From: an uncultured bacterium
GTDB lineage: Bacteria; Patescibacteriota; Minisyncoccia; Phycocordibacterales; GWA1-40-21
Direction: 5' to 3'
DNA length: 64,000 bases
Assembly (NCBI GenBank): GCA_903831595.1
Contig: CAIKXY010000007.1
Span: forward strand, 3,944-67,943
A program made the position numbers and the translations under genes. Every line of letters begins with the position of its first letter. Positions within the stretch are counted from its first letter, which is position 1. The notes below the pieces were generated by a model that did no database searches, was not told the origin of the DNA, and saw only the letters and a program-made list of their open reading frames with translations. This document shows positions 29,383-37,247 of this stretch, one piece after another.

Positions 29383-30528
29383 ATGGAAAAGAAAAAAGGA
29401 AATTTGTGGTCAGTGGTTATCGTTGTGATTTTAGTAATTATAATCGGAGGACTATTTGGATCACAAAGTGCTGGAAGTAAAAGTATAAAAATAGGATATA
29501 TAAGTCCTATGAGCGGGCCAGCAGCTGCTTATGGAGACTATACCAGAAAAGCTTTTCAGCTTGGATTAGATGAATGGAACGCAAATCATACTGACAAGAT
29601 GCAAGCAATCTACGAAGATGGAAAATGTGCTCCAGCCGACGCTGTAACAGCAGCAAACAAATTAATCAATGTAGACAAAGTAAATTTTTTGATGACTTTC
29701 TGTACCGGAGAAACAAACGCTGTGGCTCCAATAGCAGAGCAGAGCAAAATAATACTTTTGACATCTGGAACAACTGCTCCAAATATTGTTAAAGGGAAGT
29801 ATATCTTTAGAAATATCGGTTCTGTGGGGAGCGGATTGCCTGTTTTGACTAAATTAGCATATGATTTTAACAAACAAATTGCATTAATATCTGAAAATAC
29901 TGATTATGCAGCTTCTACAAAAAATGGTTTTACTCAGCAGTACACAGCGCTCGGTGGAAAAGTATTGTTCGATGAATCATTTGATGCAAAAAGTTTAGAC
30001 TTCAAAACAATAATTACAAAATTGAAAGAAAACAAAGTAGAAAGTATTTTTGTTGTTGTACAGTCTCTTGATAATTCTGCAGTTTTGTTTAAACAAATGA
30101 AAGAGTTGAATTATCACCCACAGATATTTACTACAGAGGGGGCCATTAGCACTAAGGCGCTAGATAAATATACCAAAGAAGGTTATGAAAATATTGTTGA
30201 AGGGTCAATACTTGTTCAACCTTATTTTGACAGAGAAAATCCTAAAGCAAAAGCAATGATTAGCACTTATGATATGAAATTTGGTACATCAACAGGGCCA
30301 ATTCCAGAAAGTTACTTGGCAACACACTATGATGCTGTTTCTTTGATAGGGGAAGCAGTGGAAAGCGTTGGAAATAAAGCCGATGCTGTAAGTAATTATT
30401 TCATAACCAAAATCAGCAATTGGAGTGGGGCGATTGGCTCGTTTGGATTTGATAAGACTGGGGATACTATAGTTCAAACTCAAACAAAGATTGTTAAAGG
30501 CGGAAATATTGTGGAGTATAAAAAATAA
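29383..30528 (+). CDS. LivJ-like ABC substrate-binding protein #5
   Basis: IKIGYISPMSG, EDGKCAP, DFKTIITK, HYDA. Confidence 0.9.
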   Translation: MEKKKGNLWSVVIVVILVIIIGGLFGSQSAGSKSIKIGYISPMSGPAAAYGDYTRKAFQLGLDEWNANHTDKMQAIYEDGKCAPADAVTAANKLINVDKVNFLMTFCTGETNAVAPIAEQSKIILLTSGTTAPNIVKGKYIFRNIGSVGSGLPVLTKLAYDFNKQIALISENTDYAASTKNGFTQQYTALGGKVLFDESFDAKSLDFKTIITKLKENKVESIFVVVQSLDNSAVLFKQMKELNYHPQIFTTEGAISTKALDKYTKEGYENIVEGSILVQPYFDRENPKAKAMISTYDMKFGTSTGPIPESYLATHYDAVSLIGEAVESVGNKADAVSNYFITKISNWSGAIGSFGFDKTGDTIVQTQTKIVKGGNIVEYKK

Positions 30529-30537
30529 GCAATAAAA

Positions 30538-30567
30538 TTAAAAAAGCCCCGAAAGGGGCTTTTTTAA
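30538..30567. terminator. Bidirectional terminator
   Basis: AAAAAAGCCCC-GAAA-GGGGCTTTTTT, same core as 28287. Confidence 0.9.
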
Positions 30568-31367
30568 TCTCTCACCGATCTTGAATCCCAAGTTAAATCA
30601 AATATAACGCGCATCATTCCATTGAGTGCTTTATCTTCCATAATAACACCAGTTAATTTATTTTCTCCAAAATTTGTAATAGCAATTTTTGAATCACCGT
30701 ATATTACTATTTCACCATTAAAAACAAATTTTTCTGGCGCAATATATTTTATGACAGGATAAAATTTCTTGGGCGTATTTTCTGGATAAATTGGTAAATG
30801 TTTTCTGTTTTCCGGGGTGTCTGGAATAAATATTTTTGTCGTTATTCCAAGTTCAATTTTTTTCTTTGCATAATTTTTAATAAATTTATCCGGCACTAAC
30901 GGAATTAGTTCACTTGCTTTTGAGAAGGCTAACATTTCGTATGGTTTCTTTATACTTATCATATCCTCATACATAGATAGCAGTCCATCGAGACCTTCAT
31001 AGTAGGTAACCTTTGAATGGTCTTTTAGTAATTCAAATAAATGAGTTATTTCTGGAATTAATGTTTTTGTTTTTTCTAAAGAATTCTCAGATTCGCTTAC
31101 TTTATTTTGGGCGTACCTTAATATTTTTTCTGGTTTTTCTATTTGATAAAATAGTTTATTTTTTCTTTCAATTTCATTTACAAGCCCACGAACAGATAGG
31201 GCAGTAAGTACAAAATATACCGTTGCCCTTTTTAAATCAGTATATTCAGCTATTTTGGAAGGGAACGCTCCACCAAGCTCAAGAAGTGATACATACACCA
31301 AAGCTTCCTTATCTGTGAAGCCAGTTTTTTCTAGTTTTTTGATTAATATCTGGTTTTTTACTTGCAT
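30564..31367 (-). CDS. TrmB-family transcriptional regulator #6
   Basis: LEKTGFTDKEALVYVSLLELGGAFPSKIAEYTDLKRATVY; close paralog of #4 and #5. Confidence 0.9.
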   Translation of the reverse strand: MQVKNQILIKKLEKTGFTDKEALVYVSLLELGGAFPSKIAEYTDLKRATVYFVLTALSVRGLVNEIERKNKLFYQIEKPEKILRYAQNKVSESENSLEKTKTLIPEITHLFELLKDHSKVTYYEGLDGLLSMYEDMISIKKPYEMLAFSKASELIPLVPDKFIKNYAKKKIELGITTKIFIPDTPENRKHLPIYPENTPKKFYPVIKYIAPEKFVFNGEIVIYGDSKIAITNFGENKLTGVIMEDKALNGMMRVIFDLTWDSRSVRD

Positions 31368-31574
31368 GTGTTAAGTATATCAAGCATGACAATAATTGTC
31401 AATTTTTACTGACAGAATATGTCATGTATAAATATAGTCATATGATAAGCCATATATATAATATATGTGTCAGCATTAGCACGCAAAACGCTATTGATAT
31501 TATATAATATCAGCAGATATTTATTAGTTTGGCAATAGATGCTAAAATATTACAAGTTAATTATCAATAAAAAT

Positions 31575-32681
31575 ATGAATAATAAAAAAAGAAATCTCAC
31601 GTCTATAATTATTGTTTGTGCTTTAGTCATCATAGTTATAGGGCTATCGGTTTGGCAAAAAGCAATATCACCAAGGGGTGATATAAAAGTTGCATACGTA
31701 TCATCTCTATCAGGAGATGCAGGAGTATGGGGACAAAGTTTACAAAAAGGTTTTGATTTTGCATTGAATGAAATTAATGCGAAAGGTGGTATTAATGGCA
31801 GAAAGATTACTGCTGTCTATGAAGATGATAAATGCGATGCAGCAACAGGAGTTACTGCATTCAATAAGGTCATCGGAATTGATGGGGTAAAATATATTAC
31901 AGGAACAGTATGTTCTTCTGTTGCAATGAGTGTTGAAAAAAATACACAAGCAAATGGAGTTTTCTATGTTGCTTCTGGTGCAACTGATCCAGAAGTTACA
32001 AAACAAGGAAATGGCCTAGTATTTAGACCATGGGCATCAGATGCTTATGATGCGCAGGAGGTAGGTAGAGATTTGATATCAACGTTTGGCTTAAAAAAAG
32101 TCTCAGTAATTTCTATGAGTGACATTCCTAGTGGTGAAGCAATAAAAAACACTTTTAAAGATGCTGTTGTTGCAAATGGTGGACAAGTTGTTTCTGAAGA
32201 AATGGTAGTTTCAACGAATAAAGATATAAAAACATCCGTTATGAAATTAATCGATAGTTCTCCTGAGGGAGTATATATCGCATCTCTTCCGGATCAGACG
32301 GTTTTAATTATTTCTCAGTTAAAAGCTCTAGGTTACAAAGGAAAGATATTTGTTTATAGTGCTTCGGCTGCGTCAGAAGGTTTTGCGACAAAGGTAAAAA
32401 ACAAAGATAGTGTTTTTTATGTTTTTCCTGTCACAAATCAAGAGACAAATTTCTGGAATGATTACAAAACACAAACCGGCACAAATGCAGACTTACTTGT
32501 AGCCCTTGGTTATGACAGTATGAACATGATTGCTGATGGTATTAAAAGCTGTGGAGAAAATAATACTTGTATAAGAGATTATTTTATAAATGTAGAAAAT
32601 TACCAAATGTCTAGAGGGAAAGTTAGCTTTGATAAGTATGGAGATGTTAGTGGTTTGAAGTATGAAATAAAAGCTTTATAA
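31575..32681 (+). CDS. LivJ-like ABC substrate-binding protein #6
   Basis: GGINGRKI..VYEDDKCD, GTVCSS, GYDS; ATG 31575 (MNNKKRN + TM) preferred over 31539. Confidence 0.9.
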   Translation: MNNKKRNLTSIIIVCALVIIVIGLSVWQKAISPRGDIKVAYVSSLSGDAGVWGQSLQKGFDFALNEINAKGGINGRKITAVYEDDKCDAATGVTAFNKVIGIDGVKYITGTVCSSVAMSVEKNTQANGVFYVASGATDPEVTKQGNGLVFRPWASDAYDAQEVGRDLISTFGLKKVSVISMSDIPSGEAIKNTFKDAVVANGGQVVSEEMVVSTNKDIKTSVMKLIDSSPEGVYIASLPDQTVLIISQLKALGYKGKIFVYSASAASEGFATKVKNKDSVFYVFPVTNQETNFWNDYKTQTGTNADLLVALGYDSMNMIADGIKSCGENNTCIRDYFINVENYQMSRGKVSFDKYGDVSGLKYEIKAL

Positions 32682-32710
32682 ATTTTATTAATTATTAATT
32701 ATAAAATAAT

Positions 32711-33856
32711 ATGGAAAATAAAAAAGGAAAATTATTAGTGTGGGCAATTGTGATCGTTTTGGTGATTGTTGGTATTTTTTTACTATCAAATAGTAAACCA
32801 GTCTCAACAGAGCCAATAAAAATCGGTTTTGTTGCACCGCTTACTGGCCCAGCTGCTGCTTATGGTGAGGTAGAAAAGAATGCAGTTATTATGGCACTTG
32901 AAAAAATTAATGGTAGTGGGGAAACGAAAAGAAATGTTGAAGTTATATATGAGGATGGTAAATGTAATGGTCAAGATGCGGCAACAGCAGCGCAAAAGTT
33001 AATCAATGTTGATAAGGTCAAAATTATTTTAGGTGGTTTGTGTAGTAGCGAAACACTAGCTATCGCCCCGATATCAGAATCAAATAAAGTTATACTTTTC
33101 TCTGCTTTTTCTTCTAGTCCAGCCATTACAAATGCGGGGGATTATGTATTTCGTAATTCACCATCAGACTTAGATTTTGGAAAAGCTGATGCACAATTTA
33201 TTATAAAAAAAGGTGTTAAGAATATTGCTATTATTTCTGAAAATGCTGATTACTCACAAGGTGTACGAACAGTTATGAAAAATGCTTTCCAAAACAATGG
33301 AGTAAATGTAATAGCAGATGAAGTATTTAATTCAGATGTAAAAGATTTTAGAACGCAATTAACAAAAATAAAGTCGCTAAAACCAGAGGCAATATATATT
33401 AATCCAGGAACATCTCCAGATGTGGCGGGAATAATTCCAAAGGAAATGAAAGAACTTGGAATGACAAACACAAAAATATTTGGTAACTATGTTTTGGGGG
33501 ATAAAGTAGCACTAAAAATTGGGGGATCAGCAATGAATGGTATTATATTTAGTGATTATACAGATCTTGCGTTATCAAATCAGGCTATTATAGATCAATA
33601 TAAAACTGAATTTCAAAAAGACCCAGCAAATAATTATCCTTTGATGGCTAGATATGATTCAGTATTTATTATTACGGACGCAATTAGAAGTTGTGGAACT
33701 GATGACAGTAGCTGTATAAAAAATTATTTATATAAAATGAAGAGTTTTTCTGGTGCTCTTGGTACATATAGATTCGATTCTAATGGGGATTTGTTGAATA
33801 AAGAATTGGCAGTTCATAAAATAATTCAAAATGGAGTCGCTGTGTTGATAAAATAA
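32711..33856 (+). CDS. LivJ-like ABC substrate-binding protein #7
   Basis: IKIGFVAPLTG, EDGKCNG, GGLCSSETLA, AGDYVFRN; second SBP in cassette 6. Confidence 0.92.
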   Translation: MENKKGKLLVWAIVIVLVIVGIFLLSNSKPVSTEPIKIGFVAPLTGPAAAYGEVEKNAVIMALEKINGSGETKRNVEVIYEDGKCNGQDAATAAQKLINVDKVKIILGGLCSSETLAIAPISESNKVILFSAFSSSPAITNAGDYVFRNSPSDLDFGKADAQFIIKKGVKNIAIISENADYSQGVRTVMKNAFQNNGVNVIADEVFNSDVKDFRTQLTKIKSLKPEAIYINPGTSPDVAGIIPKEMKELGMTNTKIFGNYVLGDKVALKIGGSAMNGIIFSDYTDLALSNQAIIDQYKTEFQKDPANNYPLMARYDSVFIITDAIRSCGTDDSSCIKNYLYKMKSFSGALGTYRFDSNGDLLNKELAVHKIIQNGVAVLIK

Positions 33857-33857
33857 T

Positions 33858-33886
33858 ACAAAAAGTCCCGAAAAGGGGCTTTTTGT
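33858..33886. terminator. Bidirectional terminator
   Basis: ACAAAAAGTCCC-GAAAA-GGGGCTTTTTGT, a variant of the 28287/30538 terminator. Confidence 0.85.
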
Positions 33887-33890
33887 TTTG

Positions 33891-34634
33891 CTATTTATTT
33901 TCATCTGGCAACATCTCCCACATAATTTCGAAAATTTGTTTTATTGAATCGTGAATTTTAGGGCTTTCAATAATAATACCTATTTTATCTGAAAAATTCA
34001 TAATAGCGGTTTTATTTTTGTCATACAGCATAATTTCATTTTCCATGTTAAATTTTTTCTCGCTAACCATTTTAGATTTTCTGAGTTGTTGGACATTCTT
34101 TCCAACATACGGTTTTAATTTTTCAGCATTAGGTAGTATGGTTCGTATGTGGATATTTTTTTTTAACCTTTCTGGCACATAGATTTTTTCTTGGTATGAA
34201 TCACTTCCAATTGTACTTAAGCCAGCAAACCAAGATTGAATCTCCTTATTGGGTGTTAAAAGTGTATCTCTGTATACTTCCTTTAACCCCTCTTCGCCCT
34301 CAAAATAACTTACTGTGGGTTTTTTATCAATTGCTGATCCTATTGATAAAAGATTGACCATGTTTTGTTCTAATTCTTTTTTGTTTTCATCAAGAATAGA
34401 CAAAATCATTTTAGGGCTTTGTGCAGTATAATATTTTAGATTTTTTCTTACTGATTGACTAACTAGCCCTTTTTTTATTAGGTTTTCAAGTTCTATATAA
34501 GTAGTTGGTCTTTTTACTCCGGATTTTTGTGAGATTCTAGACGCAGTCGTTTCCCCAAGTTCATAACTAGCAAGGTATACTGAGGCTTCTTTGGGTGATA
34601 GACCAGCTTTTATTAAGATGTTAATGTAATTCAT
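33891..34634 (-). CDS. TrmB-family transcriptional regulator #7
   Basis: AGLSPKEASVYLASYELG.TTASRISQKSGVKRPTTY; YFEGEEG; IFEIMW. Confidence 0.9.
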   Translation of the reverse strand: MNYINILIKAGLSPKEASVYLASYELGETTASRISQKSGVKRPTTYIELENLIKKGLVSQSVRKNLKYYTAQSPKMILSILDENKKELEQNMVNLLSIGSAIDKKPTVSYFEGEEGLKEVYRDTLLTPNKEIQSWFAGLSTIGSDSYQEKIYVPERLKKNIHIRTILPNAEKLKPYVGKNVQQLRKSKMVSEKKFNMENEIMLYDKNKTAIMNFSDKIGIIIESPKIHDSIKQIFEIMWEMLPDENK

Positions 34635-34830
34635 TGTTTTTTAAGCAAATTGTTCTACTGTTATTAAAACTGACAACAGATAGATTATATACAAATACAT
34701 ATAATATGTCAAGTAAAATAAAGGGATATTAGAAATAGCTACAATTTTACATTGTCAATTTATCAAACACTAATTGCATATTCGCAAAATAAGCATATAA
34801 TTGATGTGTTATAAGTTAATTATTAAAAAC

Positions 34831-35973
34831 ATGAATAAAAACAATAAAATATTAATAAGTTTAGTTGTGATAATAATCGTTATCATTTTAGGATCTTTAC
34901 TAATAAATAACAAACCAGCCTCAACTGAACCAATTAAATTTGGTTTTATCGCACCACTTACTGGTGATGCTGCGATATATGGAACAGATGAAAGAAATGC
35001 AACTGCACTTGCTGTACAAGAGATCAACAATGCTGGCGGAGTAAATGGTAGAAAAATTGAAGTTTTGTACGAAGATGGAAAATGTAACGGAAAAGATGCT
35101 GCAAACTCTGCACAAAAGCTCGTTAATGTTGACCAAGTCAGAGTAATTATTGGAGGGGGATGCAGTAGTGAAACTTTAGCTGCAGCGCCTGTTGCAGAAG
35201 CAAATAAAGTAATTTTATTCTCACCATTTTCGAGTAGCCCAGCCATAACAGACGCAGGAGACTACGTTTTCAGAAATTATCCATCCGATTCAGAGGTTGT
35301 AAGACAACAAGCCCGACTTGTTATCAATTATGGTTACAAAAAAATTGCAATAATTTCAGAAAATTCTGATTATGCTATTAGTTCAAAAACTATTTTTTCT
35401 GATGAAGTTAAAAAACAAGGTGCTCAAATTGTAGCAGATGAAATATTTGCTCAGGGTGCTCGAGATTTTAAAACAAACATTCTAAAAATAAAATCAGCCA
35501 ATCCAGACGCAATATTTATCAACCCTCAATCTGGAGTGACTGGCGGTTTGTTATTAAAACAACTCAGAGAGATGGGAGTTAATACTCAAGCTTTTAGTTA
35601 CTTTGTGTTTGGTGATAAAGATGCAATAAAGACAGCAGGGTCAGCAATAAATGGAATGATTTATTTTGATACCGTTGGTCTTATAACAGCAAAAGGGCAG
35701 GCTTTCAACGATAAATACATTGCACAATTTGGTCAGATACAAAGCAGCGCATATGGGGTTGGGGCACAGTACGATGCAGTTCATATTTTAGCAAACGCTG
35801 AAGCAAAATGTTCTGATGATACCGCTTGTATAAAAAATTATTTATATAAAATGTCACCATATGATGGAGTTATCGGTAAATACAACTTTGATTCAAATGG
35901 AGATATTAAAGGTATAAGTGCACTTGTCCCAAAGATAGTAAAAAATGGAGTAGCGGAATTATATATTAAATAA
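34831..35973 (+). CDS. LivJ-like ABC substrate-binding protein #8
   Basis: Close paralog of #7 (EDGKCNG, GGGCSSETLA, AGDYVFRN); ATG 34831 preferred. Confidence 0.92.
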   Translation: MNKNNKILISLVVIIIVIILGSLLINNKPASTEPIKFGFIAPLTGDAAIYGTDERNATALAVQEINNAGGVNGRKIEVLYEDGKCNGKDAANSAQKLVNVDQVRVIIGGGCSSETLAAAPVAEANKVILFSPFSSSPAITDAGDYVFRNYPSDSEVVRQQARLVINYGYKKIAIISENSDYAISSKTIFSDEVKKQGAQIVADEIFAQGARDFKTNILKIKSANPDAIFINPQSGVTGGLLLKQLREMGVNTQAFSYFVFGDKDAIKTAGSAINGMIYFDTVGLITAKGQAFNDKYIAQFGQIQSSAYGVGAQYDAVHILANAEAKCSDDTACIKNYLYKMSPYDGVIGKYNFDSNGDIKGISALVPKIVKNGVAELYIK

Positions 35974-35979
35974 ATACTC

Positions 35980-36019
35980 AAACAAAAAAGCGGTGCTTTC
36001 CAGCACCGCTTTTTTGTTT
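35980..36019 (+). terminator. Intrinsic terminator closing the array
   Basis: AAACAAAAAAGCGGTGCT-TTCC-AGCACCGCTTTTTTGTTT. Confidence 0.9.
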
Positions 36020-36044
36020 AATAAATTTAAGTTATAATCCTAAT

Positions 36045-36785
36045 ATGTTAAGTATAAAAAAACTTTATTCTGGTTACAATAAATCGGAAATATTACATGG
36101 TGTAGATATTGATGTAAACGCCGGAGAGATCGTTGTCCTTATCGGCCCAAACGGAGCGGGGAAGTCGACTGCATTAAAAAGTATATTTAGTCTTACAGAT
36201 ATTTATAGTGGAAAGATTATTTATAATGATAGAGATATAACAAAACTAAAAACATTTGAGCTTATAGAGCTTGGTATAAGTTTTGTGCCACAAGGGAGGC
36301 AGCTTTTTCAAAACATGACTGTTTTAGAGAATCTTCAGATGGGGGCCTTTATGATAAGAGATAAAGAAGTTATTCAAAAGGGTATTGAAGAAGTCTTCAA
36401 AAAGTTTCCTGTCTTGAAAGAAAAACAAAACCAGATTTCTGCAACTCTTTCTGGTGGGCAACAGCAGCTAGTAGCTATTGCAAGGGCTTTAATACAAAAT
36501 CCACAACTTTTATTACTTGATGAGCCATCGCTCGGTCTTTCTCCTAAAATGATGCAGGAAGTATTTGATAAAATTGTAGAAATAAAAAATTCCGGTGTTG
36601 ATATTTTAATTGTGGAACAAAATGCAAGGCAAGCTATGTGTATCGCAGATAGAACATATGTATTGGAAGGGGGGAAAATAGGAATAAGTGGTGGAAAAGA
36701 TATCATAGATAATCCTAAAATTCGAGAAATATACTTTGGGAGTGATTTAAACCCTGAAAAAGTGAAAGCTTGTCCTATATTATAA
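36045..36785 (+). CDS. livF: Branched-chain amino acid ABC ATPase LivF
   Basis: GPNGAGKST, VPQGRQLF, MTVLENL.MGA, LSGGQQQ, LDEPSLGLSP, VEQN. Confidence 0.94.
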   Translation: MLSIKKLYSGYNKSEILHGVDIDVNAGEIVVLIGPNGAGKSTALKSIFSLTDIYSGKIIYNDRDITKLKTFELIELGISFVPQGRQLFQNMTVLENLQMGAFMIRDKEVIQKGIEEVFKKFPVLKEKQNQISATLSGGQQQLVAIARALIQNPQLLLLDEPSLGLSPKMMQEVFDKIVEIKNSGVDILIVEQNARQAMCIADRTYVLEGGKIGISGGKDIIDNPKIREIYFGSDLNPEKVKACPIL

Positions 36786-36828
36786 AAAGTAAAGTGCCTA
36801 CCAGATATTTTCTGGCAGGCACTTGTTT

Positions 36829-37065
36829 TTAGAAGTTGCAATGGCTGGATATATCTTTATCGCCAGCCATTACTTTTCTATTTTTGAAATATGCCTTTTC
36901 ATTGCTCTTGTTAATCACTGGAATATAAGTTCCAGCAAAATGAAGCAGACCGCATTTTTCACACGGATGAGTATGGTTCCATCCATAACATCCACCGGGG
37001 ACACGGACGGTTACTTTAGTGTTTATTTCACCGCGGCAATTTTTGCCTTTGCATTTTTCACCCAT
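36829..37065 (-). CDS. Small Cys/His-rich (zinc-ribbon-like) protein
   Basis: CKGKNC...HPCEKCGLLH; strong SD AGGAGGA (37078-37072) upstream; hairpin at 36792-36824 between it and livF. Confidence 0.6.
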   Translation of the reverse strand: MGEKCKGKNCRGEINTKVTVRVPGGCYGWNHTHPCEKCGLLHFAGTYIPVINKSNEKAYFKNRKVMAGDKDISSHCNF

Positions 37066-37162
37066 TTTTAAATCCTCCTTGTTTCAAAGATGAGATTTTA
37101 ATATTCCAAATCCCTATCTGTACAACCTCATTATATATATCGCTATAAAGATGATTTGTCAA

Positions 37163-37213
37163 TAAATACAAAAAACAAATTTCCGCCTTGCAGGAATTCG
37201 TTTTTTGTATTTA
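37163..37213 (-). terminator. Intrinsic terminator after recA
   Basis: TAAATACAAAAAAC...GTTTTTTGTATTTA inverted repeat with imperfect inner stem. Confidence 0.65.
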
Positions 37214-37247
37214 CTATATATTGAATACTATATACTTATACTGATTT

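Noticed and set aside
15600-36020. Integron or CRISPR interpretation of the cassette array
   Set aside because: No integrase, attC-like sites or repeat-spacer pattern seen; boundaries are ordinary bidirectional terminators and each cassette has its own promoters
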